Below are positions 1 to 9,298 of a stretch of DNA of 64,000 bases, piece by piece. The translations under genes and the position numbers were made by a program. How positions within the stretch are numbered: the stretch's first letter is position 1; every line of letters starts with the position of its first letter. Source of the DNA: Dehalococcoidia bacterium (GTDB lineage: Bacteria > Chloroflexota > Dehalococcoidia > Bin125); assembly GCA_963555985.3 (NCBI GenBank), contig OY820591.1, forward strand, positions 1,536,001 to 1,600,000, read 5' to 3'. The notes below the pieces were generated by a model. The model had not been told where the DNA came from. It did not search any database and was given only the letters and a program-made list of their open reading frames with translations.

Positions 1-2
1 CC

Positions 3-992
3 AACCTCGCCCCGATCACCGTCGAAAAGATCGCCATCAACGCGGTCATGGCCGGTGCCAAGCCGGAATACCTGCCCGCGATCATCGCCCTGGTCGAGAT
101 CGCCTGCACCGAGAGCTTCAACATCCACGGCGTACTTGCTACCACGATGGGAGCCACGCCCGTCGGGATCTTCAACGGCCCGATCCGCGACCGCATTGGT
201 ATGAACTACCTCCACGGCGCATTGGGCAGCGGCAACCGTGCCAACGCCGCCATCGGCCGCGCCCTCCGGCTCTGCGCTCGCAATGTCGGCGGCAGCATTC
301 CCGGCGGCACCGACCGCGCCACTCAGGGCGGCCCGCATCGCCTGACCATGAACTTCGCCGAGAACGAGGACGCCAGCCCTTGGGAGTCGCTCGCCGTCGA
401 GCGCGGCTTCGAGCCAACCGATGATGTCGCCACTCTGATGGCGATGTCCGGTGGGCCGGCCACGATCGCCGACGAACGCTCGCGTGACGGGCGAGGGTTG
501 GCGGGCACGCTGGCGGCGTCCATGAGCTGTATGCAGGATCCCAAGTCCCCGATGGTCGACACGCTGGTCGTCCTTTCGCCCGATCACGCCGGCATTTTCG
601 GACGCTCTGGCTGGTCTAAGGACGATGTACGCGAGTGCATCATGGAGGAGACCTCTATCCCATTGAAGGACAGGCTTCGCTCAGACGACGCAGGCTGCGG
701 CCTGCCGCCGTCTGTGGTCGAGCGATTCGGCGGCGAAGCGGCGCTCGACCTGCCCGTGGCGAAGTTCCAGGACAAGTCCAACATCATCCTCGTTGTCGCT
801 GGCTCCTCTGCCGCCAAATTCTCCACCATCCTCGGAGGCTGGGCGACCGGAATCTACTCCACACCGACGAGCGCCAGTATCGGACCGAACGGCGCGTTGG
901 CCATCCGTAGTACGGGCGGGTCCGGCATGGACAAGCGCCGCTCCGGTGGACGAGACCTCGGAGCGTTCGAACCAAGCATCCACCGGCCCTGA
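3..992 (+). CDS. Uncharacterised UGSC-associated protein, paralog 1 (5' truncated by window edge)
   Basis: Frame is open from base 3 (NLAPITVEKIAINAVMAGAKPEY). Shares GNRANxxIGRALRL and SP(D/E)HA motifs with 1772..2881 and 2889..3977. Confidence 0.85.
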   Translation, partial: NLAPITVEKIAINAVMAGAKPEYLPAIIALVEIACTESFNIHGVLATTMGATPVGIFNGPIRDRIGMNYLHGALGSGNRANAAIGRALRLCARNVGGSIPGGTDRATQGGPHRLTMNFAENEDASPWESLAVERGFEPTDDVATLMAMSGGPATIADERSRDGRGLAGTLAASMSCMQDPKSPMVDTLVVLSPDHAGIFGRSGWSKDDVRECIMEETSIPLKDRLRSDDAGCGLPPSVVERFGGEAALDLPVAKFQDKSNIILVVAGSSAAKFSTILGGWATGIYSTPTSASIGPNGALAIRSTGGSGMDKRRSGGRDLGAFEPSIHRP

Positions 993-1091
993 ACCAGGAT
1001 CGCAGGATGCTCGACGACTAGGACGACTAGACTGTGTATCAACACACGACGCACCGCAACCCTGCAGACGGCGCGTTGATGGAGAGGTCCA

Positions 1092-1622
1092 ATGGTTACC
1101 CAGATCCTTGACCCAACCGACGAACGAGTGCCGATCAAGCGTTCGCTCACACCGCGCCCTGAGGCGCTGCACGGGACGATCGCCCTGCTCGACATCTCCA
1201 AGCCGCGCGGCGACGTTTTCCTCAACCGACTCGAGGAACTGCTGCATGAGCGCGCGCCCGGCGTTGAGACGCGGCGCTTCATGAAGCCGACCGTCGCCAA
1301 GCCGGCCCCGCAACCGATCAAAGATGCGATCCTGGAGGAATGCGACTTCGTTATCGAAGCGCTGGCCGATTGAGGATCCTGCACGACGTGCAGTGTGCAC
1401 GACACCGTTTTCTTCGAACTGCAGGGCAAGCCCAGCGTCTTCGTCGCCACCTCTGAGTTCATCAAGGCCGCTAGCCACCAGGCCGAACGCCTCGGACTCG
1501 AAGAGGTCCGTCGCGTCTTCATCCCGCATCCGATGCAGGACCGCACCGACGCCGAGATGCACGAACACGCCGAACGCTTCGTCGACGAAATCCTCGACAC
1601 CCTCATGGCCCCCGTCGAGTAG
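1092..1622 (+). CDS. UGSC-family selenoprotein, ~176 aa, Sec at TGA 1371-1373
   Basis: ORFs 1092..1373 and 1395..1622 are in one frame; readthrough gives EALAD-U-GSCTTCSVHD. RBS GGAGAGG before ATG; downstream hairpin. Confidence 0.88.
1387..1401 (+). promoter_or_regulatory. Candidate bacterial SECIS apical hairpin
   Basis: CGTGCA-GTG-TGCACG; G-starting loop 19 nt after UGA. An alternative hairpin CTGCAC-GAC-GTGCAG lies at 1379-1393. Confidence 0.55.
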
Positions 1623-1648
1623 TTCCCCGCATCCCCGCTCGTACTCTT

Positions 1649-1745
1649 CCCTCTCCCCCGCGAAGCGGGGGGAGATGCCGAAGGCAGAGGGGGGCTTCCC
1701 CCTCTGAAATCCCCTCTCCCTCTGGGAGAGGGTTAGGGTGAGGGC
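1649..1745. repeat. REP-like palindrome cluster (CCTCTCCC...GGGAGAGG type)
   Basis: ctcccccgc-gaa-gcggggggag and ccctctccc-tct-gggagaggg palindromes; related copy at 50101-50200. Confidence 0.7.
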
Positions 1746-1771
1746 CATCGCCCACCAGATAAGACATCACC

Positions 1772-2881
1772 GTGCCCGCCGATTCCGACTCCTTCGCCCG
1801 AATCATCGAAATCGCCGACCACGACGACGTCTACGAGTTCATGTTTGCGCAGGGCATCACCGACGGCCTGCCCGTCGTCCCGCCGACCCGCGAACGCGTC
1901 GACCGAATGCTCGACTGTGCCCCCGAGCACTGGAACGATCCGCAGAAAATCGTCGCCACACTCCCGCCCAACATGGCCCCGATGACGGTCGAGAAGGCCG
2001 CCATCAACGCAGTCATGGCCGGCTGCAAGCCCGACTACTTCCCCACCGTGCTGGCCTCCGTCGAGGCCGCCGCCGGCGGGCGCTTCCCCTTGCACGGATC
2101 GATCGCCACCACCGCCGGACTCGCCCCGATGATGCTCGTCAACGGCCCGGTCCGCAAAGAGATCGGCATGAACTGGGGCCTCAACGCACTCGGCCAGGGC
2201 AACCGAGCCAACTCCACCCTCGGTCGCGCTCTCCGACTGATGCTCCGCAATATCGGCGGAGCCGTCCCCGGAGAGATCGAGCAGGCCATCCAGGGCGGCG
2301 GACACAAATGGACGCTGAGCTACGCCGAGGACGAGGACTATTCGCCCTGGGAGCCGTACCACGTTGAGCACGGCTACGACCCCGGCGACAGCGTCGTCTC
2401 CCTAATCCCGATCACCGGCGGTCCCCGAGTCTGCATCGACCAGTACAGCCGCAACGCGCGCTCGCTGACCGGCTCCATCGCCATGGCCTTCCAGCAGGTG
2501 CTCAAGCCCAGAGGTCAGGTCACGCCCTCGATGTTCGTGGTCAGCCCCGAACACGCCGACGTCTACCGCGCCAGCGGCTGGTCCAAGGACAACTTCCGCG
2601 AAGCGATCATGGAGTTCACCGCGCTCCCCCTGCGCGAGCGCCTCGCCACCCCGACCATGGGCGGCGGAATCAACGAGTACCTGCCGGAGAAGCACCGCCT
2701 GACCGAAGAAGACCTCGACATGCCCCTGTCAAAGGTCGCAGACCCGTCCTTCATTGCGATCACCGTCGCCGGCAGCCATGCCGGCAAATGGACCAGCATC
2801 TACCAGGGCATCTTCGGCGACGGCAACCCCGCCCAGACCCCCGGCGTCTTCATGCCCGCTTCCGCTCTCGTTCGCTCATGA
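1772..2881 (+). CDS. Uncharacterised UGSC-associated protein, paralog 2
   Basis: GITDGLPVVPPT, EKAAINAVMAGCKPDY, GNRANSTLGRALRL, SPEHA motifs. Confidence 0.85.
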   Translation: MPADSDSFARIIEIADHDDVYEFMFAQGITDGLPVVPPTRERVDRMLDCAPEHWNDPQKIVATLPPNMAPMTVEKAAINAVMAGCKPDYFPTVLASVEAAAGGRFPLHGSIATTAGLAPMMLVNGPVRKEIGMNWGLNALGQGNRANSTLGRALRLMLRNIGGAVPGEIEQAIQGGGHKWTLSYAEDEDYSPWEPYHVEHGYDPGDSVVSLIPITGGPRVCIDQYSRNARSLTGSIAMAFQQVLKPRGQVTPSMFVVSPEHADVYRASGWSKDNFREAIMEFTALPLRERLATPTMGGGINEYLPEKHRLTEEDLDMPLSKVADPSFIAITVAGSHAGKWTSIYQGIFGDGNPAQTPGVFMPASALVRS

Positions 2882-2888
2882 CCGCCCC

Positions 2889-3977
2889 ATGAACAAGTTG
2901 CTCTCACGAGCCATCGATATCGCCGAACACGACGACATCTACGAGTTCATGTTCGATCACGGCCTGACCGACGGTCTGCCCGTCGTACCCCCAACCCGCC
3001 CGCGCGTCGAGCGAATGCTCGCCGCCACTTCTCGCGCTCCCGCTGAGATCCTTGGCCATCTCCCACCCAACGACATTCCCGCGACGATCGAGAAGATTGC
3101 CGTCAACGCAGTAATGTCAGGCGCAAAACCAGAGTACTTCCCGCTCATCTTGGCCGCAGCTGAGGCAGCCCTCAGCCCTCAATATCCCCTTCATGGCGCA
3201 CTCGCCAGTACTGATGGAATCGCCCCGCTCATGGTCGTGAACGGACCCGTCCGCGCCCAAATCGGTATGAACTGGGGCCTCAACGCCCTCGGACAGGGCA
3301 ACCGCGCCAACTCCACCATCGGCCGCGCGCTACGGCTCGTCTTCTGGAACCTCGCCGGCGCGCGGCCGGGCGAGATCGACCAGACCGTCCAGGGCGGCGC
3401 CCACAAGTGGACTCTCACCTACGCCGAGTACGAGGAGGCAAGTCCCTGGCAGCCCTTCCACGTGGAGCACGGCTGGGACCTCGATCAGAGCGTCGTCACA
3501 CTCGTGCCCACCGTTGGCGGTCCGCGCATCTGCGTGGACGAGACCAGCCGTACTGCCCGCGCCCTCAGTGGCTCGCTCGCTCTTGCCTTCCAACGCATCT
3601 TCGCCCCAAACGGCCAGATCGGACCAACCATGCTCGTGCTCTCCCCCGAACACGCCGATGTCTTCCGCCGAGACGGTTGGAGCAAAGACAACCTCCGCGA
3701 AGCCATCTATGAGCGCACCCTCCTCCCTCTCCGCGACCGCCTCGCCAACCCCGAGCTTGGAGGCGGTGTCATGCCCCACGCACTGACGCGCGGAGCTCTG
3801 AAGCATCTGCCGCTGGACACTCCCACAGCAAAAGTCAGCGATTCCTCCCACATCCTCCTCACGGTCGCGGGCAGTCACGCTGGCAAGAGAACCGGAATCT
3901 ACACCGGTATCGTGCCCCGTATGCAGCCCGACAATCTCAATCCCTTCGTTCCCGCATCGGCGCGCGTCGAATCATGA
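2889..3977 (+). CDS. Uncharacterised UGSC-associated protein, paralog 3
   Basis: ATG 2889 just after paralog 2; GLTDGLPVVPPT, IGMNWGLNALGQGNRANSTIGRALRL nearly identical to paralog 2. Confidence 0.85.
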   Translation: MNKLLSRAIDIAEHDDIYEFMFDHGLTDGLPVVPPTRPRVERMLAATSRAPAEILGHLPPNDIPATIEKIAVNAVMSGAKPEYFPLILAAAEAALSPQYPLHGALASTDGIAPLMVVNGPVRAQIGMNWGLNALGQGNRANSTIGRALRLVFWNLAGARPGEIDQTVQGGAHKWTLTYAEYEEASPWQPFHVEHGWDLDQSVVTLVPTVGGPRICVDETSRTARALSGSLALAFQRIFAPNGQIGPTMLVLSPEHADVFRRDGWSKDNLREAIYERTLLPLRDRLANPELGGGVMPHALTRGALKHLPLDTPTAKVSDSSHILLTVAGSHAGKRTGIYTGIVPRMQPDNLNPFVPASARVES

Positions 3978-4612
3978 GCACTCCCGCCACCGCCGCCGCG
4001 CTGGATCGAAACGCTACCCTGCGCCGCCGTCTATCCGAGCCTCCTCTGATTCACGTACAGGCTGGATCGCGCAAATTGACCTTGAAAACACGACACGGCC
4101 TGTTCTCCTCGAAAGCGATCGACGAAGGCACCATGCTGCTCTTGCGTGAACTGGAATCCGTGCCGCCCCAACCTCAAATCCTCGACCTCGGCTGCGGCTA
4201 CGGAGCCATCGGCCTCACGCTCGCCGCCCGTTGGCCCCAGTCCGAGCTCGTCCTCGTCGACACCGATCTCCGCGCCATCGAAGCCGCAACCGAAAACGCC
4301 GCTGCCAACAACCTCCCCAACGCCGCCGCCTACCTCAGCGACAGCCTCCGCGACGCCCCTCCCGGTCCCTACCACCTCATCCTCTCCAACCTCCCCGCCC
4401 AGGCCGGCAACGACGCTCTCGATCAGCTCCTGCTCGATGCACATGACGCGCTAGCGGATGGCGGCTCGCTCGTAGTCGTCGCCGTCAACGGGCTCCGTCG
4501 CTATCTCCAGCGCCGACTCACCGACATCTTCGGCGACAACCGCCTCGTTCACAAAGCCCGCCAAGGCCCCAGGCACACCGTCCTCGAAGCCCGCAAGGAC
4601 AGCGCCGCATGA
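3974..4612 (+). CDS. Class I SAM-dependent methyltransferase (RsmC/MTS-like)
   Basis: GLFS..IDEGT, ILDLGCGYG, SNLP motifs; 4-bp overlap with upstream gene. Confidence 0.85.
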   Translation: MSTPATAAALDRNATLRRRLSEPPLIHVQAGSRKLTLKTRHGLFSSKAIDEGTMLLLRELESVPPQPQILDLGCGYGAIGLTLAARWPQSELVLVDTDLRAIEAATENAAANNLPNAAAYLSDSLRDAPPGPYHLILSNLPAQAGNDALDQLLLDAHDALADGGSLVVVAVNGLRRYLQRRLTDIFGDNRLVHKARQGPRHTVLEARKDSAA

Positions 4613-5991
4613 CCGCGCTCGCGCCAAGCTCCCGCCCCGGCATGATGGAACCGCTGCGCCTGCGCGAGTTCCGACTACTTCTCACCGGCTTCATCGTCGG
4701 TCAGTCGATGATGCCGCTCCAGTTCGTCGCCTCAATCGCCTGGATTCAGCTCGTTGCCCCCGACGACATCGAAATCCTCATGGTCGGCGCGATCGGCACC
4801 ATTCGCGGCATTGGCATGATCGGCTTCGGTCTCTTCGGCGGCGCGCTCGCCGACCGCTTCGACCGCCGCCGCCTGCTGATGGTCACTCAGGCAGTCGCCT
4901 TTGTCAGCAACATCTTGATCGCGATCATGATCTGGACCGGCTCGGGCGGAACCACCGACATCATCATCTTCTTCGCGCTCACGATCGTCGCGTCATCCGC
5001 ACACGCGATCGACGGACCTACCCGCAACGCGATCACTCCCGAAATCCTCGGGCCGCGTCTCACTCCGTCGGGCATCGCTTTGAATTCGGCCGCGATGCAG
5101 TTCGCCATGCCCATCGCGATCTTCGCCTCAGGCCTGATGATCGACAATCTCGGCCACGGTGCCGTCTTCGCCATCTCCTCCTTCGGACACCTCGGCGAAG
5201 TCCTCATTCTCGCCATGATGTCCTACCGCACCGTGTTCTCCGCCGCTCACATGGCGGCGCGTGGTCAAGGCCCCGGCCAAGCCATTCGAGACATCCGCGA
5301 TGGACTGCGATTTGCGCGCTCAAAGGCGGTCATCCTCTGGACGGTGCTAATCGTCGTCCTCATGATGTCGCTGATCATGCCGCCGACCGGCACACTCGGG
5401 CCGCAATGGGTGACCACCGTCGTCGGCGCATCCTGGTCCCAATTCAGCTACATCGCCGTCTTCTGGGGCGGAGGCGCAATGATCGCCTCGCTCTTCCTCG
5501 TCCGCTTCTCCTGGATCGAACGCAAGGGACTGCTCACCGGCATTGGCGTTATCGTCATGGCGCTCGGATTCGTCGTCTTCACCAACCCCGCCACCGTCAT
5601 CAACGCCATGCTCGGCAACCTCCTGCTCGGCGTCGGCATGTCGATCGCGATGGTCTCGGCCAACGCCACTCTCGCCTACGAGACGCCCAACGAGATGCGC
5701 GGCCGGATTATGGGTCTGATCTTCCTCGGCATGGGCATCGCCCAGGCGGCAGGACTTCCCTTAGGCGCAGTCGCACAATCACTCACGATGGAAACCCTGT
5801 TCCCGCCAATGTCGTTCGCCGTCCTCGCCTTCCTCGTCGCCATCATCATCCTCCGGCCGGTCATCCTCCGAGCTCGCGTCCCTCAGCACCCGCCCGAACC
5901 AATCGCTCAAGCCGTCGAAACCGGACGCGCGGTACTCAACGGCGCAGCCTCCTTCGTCGCCCGAATCGCCCCCAACAAAGTCGCGCGCTAG
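4609..5991 (+). CDS. MFS transporter
   Basis: ~12 hydrophobic segments; GALADRFDRRR motif A. Confidence 0.9.
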   Translation: MTALAPSSRPGMMEPLRLREFRLLLTGFIVGQSMMPLQFVASIAWIQLVAPDDIEILMVGAIGTIRGIGMIGFGLFGGALADRFDRRRLLMVTQAVAFVSNILIAIMIWTGSGGTTDIIIFFALTIVASSAHAIDGPTRNAITPEILGPRLTPSGIALNSAAMQFAMPIAIFASGLMIDNLGHGAVFAISSFGHLGEVLILAMMSYRTVFSAAHMAARGQGPGQAIRDIRDGLRFARSKAVILWTVLIVVLMMSLIMPPTGTLGPQWVTTVVGASWSQFSYIAVFWGGGAMIASLFLVRFSWIERKGLLTGIGVIVMALGFVVFTNPATVINAMLGNLLLGVGMSIAMVSANATLAYETPNEMRGRIMGLIFLGMGIAQAAGLPLGAVAQSLTMETLFPPMSFAVLAFLVAIIILRPVILRARVPQHPPEPIAQAVETGRAVLNGAASFVARIAPNKVAR

Positions 5992-6051
5992 CGCTGCGAT
6001 AGCATTCACGCTGAACCACCCGCAATCGACCACATCGAGCGGAGCACCACG

Positions 6052-7218
6052 ATGGAATACCGCTTCAGCGATCAAGCGCTCGCCTTCGAAGCAGAAGTCA
6101 ACGATTTCCTCGATCAGGAATGGACACCCGAACTTCGAGCGAAGATCGGCGACCCCGCCACCGACACGCTCGACGACGAACGCGGATTCCGCCGACTGCT
6201 CGCCGAACGCGGCTGGCTCACCATGTCCTGGCCCGCCGAGTACGGTGGCCAAGAGCGCTCACTCGAAGAGCAATACCTCTTCTGGGAGGCGATGAACTAC
6301 GTCGGCGCGCCCCAGGCCACCGTCGCCACTCAGCAGGTTGGCCCAACCCTCATGCGCTTCGGCACCGACGAACAGCGCGAACGCTTCCTCCCGCCAATCG
6401 CGCGTGGCGATGTGGAATTCGCGCTCGGCTACACCGAACCCGACGCCGGCTCCGATCTCGCCTCACTTCAGCTCCGCGCCGTCAAGGACGGCGACGATTA
6501 TGTGATCAACGGCATCAAGCGCTTCACCTCGGGTGCCCACCGTTCCGAATACGTCTGGCTCGCAACACGCACGGATCCCGATGCGCCCAAACACCGCGGC
6601 GTCTCGATGATGCTGGTCGACATGAAGTCCCCCGGGATCACGGTCAAGCCGCTCTGGACGATGGCCGGCTACCGCACCAACGAGGTCTACTTCGAAGATG
6701 TTCGCGTCCCCACCAACGTCCTCGTCGGCGAGGAAAACCGCGGCTGGTACTACGCCGCCCACGCCCTCGACCGCGAGCGCATCTCGATCTTCACCGTCAG
6801 CAGCGTCCGCTCCGTCTTCGACCGTCTCTACGAATGGGCCGACAGCGACACCCCTATGGGCCGCCCGCTCGACGACGAAGGCGTCCGCAGCACCCTCGCT
6901 GACTTCAAAATCCAGCTCGAGGTCCTGCAACACCTCTCCTACCGCATCCTCGACATGCTCAAGCGCGAGGAGAGCCCCAACTACGAAGCCAGCCAGGTCA
7001 AAATCTTCTCCACCGAGATGATGCAGAGCCTCCAGAACTTCTCCCTCCACGCAATGGGCCTCTACGGACAACTCGAACCCGGCGAAGAACGCGCGCCCAT
7101 CGGCGGCACAGCCGAAAACGGCTACATCGCCGCCATCATGCCCACCTTCGGCGCAGGTGCCAACGAACTCCAGCGCAACATCATCGCCCAAAGAGGCTTC
7201 GGCCTCCCCCGCGCCTAA
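6052..7218 (+). CDS. Acyl-CoA dehydrogenase
   Basis: GYTEPDAGSDL, INGIKRFTS, GAGANELQRNII motifs. Confidence 0.93.
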   Translation: MEYRFSDQALAFEAEVNDFLDQEWTPELRAKIGDPATDTLDDERGFRRLLAERGWLTMSWPAEYGGQERSLEEQYLFWEAMNYVGAPQATVATQQVGPTLMRFGTDEQRERFLPPIARGDVEFALGYTEPDAGSDLASLQLRAVKDGDDYVINGIKRFTSGAHRSEYVWLATRTDPDAPKHRGVSMMLVDMKSPGITVKPLWTMAGYRTNEVYFEDVRVPTNVLVGEENRGWYYAAHALDRERISIFTVSSVRSVFDRLYEWADSDTPMGRPLDDEGVRSTLADFKIQLEVLQHLSYRILDMLKREESPNYEASQVKIFSTEMMQSLQNFSLHAMGLYGQLEPGEERAPIGGTAENGYIAAIMPTFGAGANELQRNIIAQRGFGLPRA

Positions 7219-7260
7219 GTCCACTCCTGCCCCACTCCATCATCCCGCCCCACGAGCTCC

Positions 7261-7309
7261 GTCATACCCGCGCTCCGTCGCGGAGCCTGTCCCCGCGCAG
7301 GCGGGGATC
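7261..7309. repeat. Nested REP-like palindromes
   Basis: gtcatacccgcg...cgcgg (cf. 17118) interrupted by agcctgtccccgcgcaggcgggg (cf. 51068). Confidence 0.6.
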
Positions 7310-7409
7310 ACTCGCCGAGTCCAGCACCCAGTCCCCAACCAGCGCTCCCCCTCCTCCCTCTTGCTCTCCTCTCCCCCTTGAGGAGACCTGCGCGTAATCC
7401 CAAATTCCG

Positions 7410-8426
7410 TCATTCCCGCGCAGGCGGGAAGGTGGGTTCACATTGCAACTGCAACAACTGCCGACCGAAGACTTCGGCCGGGGAGAGGTAGTCGAGGCAC
7501 TGGCGGGGGGTGTTGTTGTACAACTGCAGCACTTCGATCAAACGCGCGAGGCTGAGTTGGGCGAGGTCGAGCCGGCGCGGCAGGACCCGGCGCAGGCGTC
7601 CGATCGCATTCTCGATCCCGCCCTTCTGCCAGGGCGCGTAGGGGTCGCAGAAGAAGGTCTCCACGCCCAGCCGGTGCAGTTCGTAGTGGCGGGCGAACTC
7701 GGTCCCGTTGTCGAACGCGACCGTGCGCCGCAGGGCGGGCGGCCAGGCGCGGAGCAGGCTGAGCAGCAGGCGCGCGACCGGAGCGGCCGCCTTGCCCGCC
7801 ACGGGCAAGCCCACGAGCAGCCGCGAGGAGCGCTCGTGCAGCATCAGCAGGAGCGGACCGCCGCGCCCGAAGAGCATCAGGTCGGCCTCCCAGTGACCGG
7901 CTTCGAGCCGCCCGGCGGCCGCCGCCGGGCGCTCGCTCAGGGGCCGCCGCAGTTGGATGCGCTCGACCGAACTGCCGCCTTTGCGCCCGCGCCAACCGCG
8001 TTTCGCCTTGCGCCGCGGCAGATACTGGCGCCAACCGCCGCCGCGGCCGGGCTTGGCCCGCGAGGCTTGGGCGTAGATGAAGCGGTAGATGCTCTCGTGC
8101 GAGATCACCGGCGCGCCCGCCTCGCGCGCCAGCCGGCCTGCGACCTGTTGCGGCGAGAGCCCGCGGGCCAACTCGCGCAGCACCCGCGCGCGCAGCTGAT
8201 CGTCGCGTTCCAGCCGCGAACCGCGCCAGCGCCGCGCCTGGGCCTGTTGCTGGGCGTAGTCGGGACGGTAGCCGTCGCGCGCCGTGTTGCGTTTCAGCTC
8301 TCGAGCAATCGTCGATGGCGAGCGATCCAGAGCTGCAGCGATCTGCCGGATCGAGCGCCCCTCGGCCTGTAAGCGGGCAACCGCGCATCGCTCCGCCAGG
8401 TCCAACTGCGTGTACTGCGCGCCCAT
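7410..8426 (-). CDS. IS30-family transposase
   Basis: HTH RSPSTIARELKRN; GHWEAD, DNGTEF, PWQKGGIEN DDE motifs. Confidence 0.95.
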   Translation of the reverse strand: MGAQYTQLDLAERCAVARLQAEGRSIRQIAAALDRSPSTIARELKRNTARDGYRPDYAQQQAQARRWRGSRLERDDQLRARVLRELARGLSPQQVAGRLAREAGAPVISHESIYRFIYAQASRAKPGRGGGWRQYLPRRKAKRGWRGRKGGSSVERIQLRRPLSERPAAAAGRLEAGHWEADLMLFGRGGPLLLMLHERSSRLLVGLPVAGKAAAPVARLLLSLLRAWPPALRRTVAFDNGTEFARHYELHRLGVETFFCDPYAPWQKGGIENAIGRLRRVLPRRLDLAQLSLARLIEVLQLYNNTPRQCLDYLSPAEVFGRQLLQLQCEPTFPPARE

Positions 8427-8470
8427 GGGCTCACCTCAATCATCTGTCGCACTTCGTCTGTGAGACTAGG
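7431..8470 (-). mobile_element. IS30-family insertion sequence (~1040 bp)
   Basis: Imperfect terminal IRs (TCACA-N4-AA-N-TGC-N-ACA); flanking GAA direct repeat at 7428-7430 and 8471-8473. Confidence 0.85.
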
Positions 8471-8602
8471 GAATCCATACGGCGTCTCGAGTGGGATGCG
8501 AATTCCCGCTTTCGCGAGCATGACGAAACGTGCAGATCGGGAGTAATGCAACAGCCTGCCCCGCGCAAGCAGAGGACAGGAACGCCCAAAGACGCACCGC
8601 TC

Positions 8603-9298
8603 TCAAGTCGCCGCCTGAGCCTCGCCCCCGCGTCCCGCAAACCACGCCCGCGTGTTCCCGGCAATCTCTTCCGGCAACTGCGGCAACACTTCCCCCAGCA
8701 GCCTCAAATCCGCCGGCGTATCAAGGTCGTACGCCCACACATCGATCTGCGCAAGCCGATACGGAACCCCGGCCTCTCCCGCCGCCGCCGCCGCCTGCGC
8801 ATGAGCCCGAGCCGACGATGGCCCGAACTGAGGACGAATCACGCCCGGAGGCCGCAGAAAGAGACCGTTCGTCCCTCCGTTGTGAGCCGGCGCAACCACA
8901 ATCGCCGGACCGTCCGGTGCCGTCGCCACCACCAGATCAACCGCGTCGGGCGTGAGCAATGGCACATCCGCCGGTACCACCAGCAGCGCCTCCGCATCAG
9001 CGAGCGCTGCCTGCGCGTATTCGACTGCGCGGTTGTATCCGAGTTGCAAGGCCGTCTGGTCAAGAAACTCCACGCCCAGACGTGCCGCTTCATCCCGCGC
9101 CGCCGCATCCCGAGACGCAATCACGACCCGATCAATCCGCTCCGCTCCCGCCAATGCCGCAACCACATCGTCAAGCATCGCCCGCACCAACGAGTTGCGC
9201 GCAGGCACGTCCAGCAGCGCAGCCAGCCGTCGCTTGCCCGCCGGCAGCCCGCGCACCGGCACGACCGCGACGATCTCCCCAGCCGAAGCCCCGCTCAC
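8603..9298 (-). CDS. cofC: 2-phospho-L-lactate/PEP guanylyltransferase (F420 biosynthesis)
   Basis: VVPV..GK.RL, ADVP, GGTNGL, FGPSS..AH, DLDTPADL; adjacent to cofD. Confidence 0.9.
   Translation of the reverse strand: MSGASAGEIVAVVPVRGLPAGKRRLAALLDVPARNSLVRAMLDDVVAALAGAERIDRVVIASRDAAARDEAARLGVEFLDQTALQLGYNRAVEYAQAALADAEALLVVPADVPLLTPDAVDLVVATAPDGPAIVVAPAHNGGTNGLFLRPPGVIRPQFGPSSARAHAQAAAAAGEAGVPYRLAQIDVWAYDLDTPADLRLLGEVLPQLPEEIAGNTRAWFAGRGGEAQAAT

Larger units (their letters stand above)
7382..8557. mobile_element. MITE/REP-doublet copy 1, interrupted by IS30
   Basis: 7382-7430 plus 8474-8557 rebuild a ~133-bp element matching 34742-34876 and 51085-51218. Confidence 0.75.

Noticed and set aside
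990-992. Sec readthrough at other TGA stops in the UGSC cluster
   Set aside because: Downstream frames show no conserved or redox-like sequence; the same holds for TGA 2879-2881.
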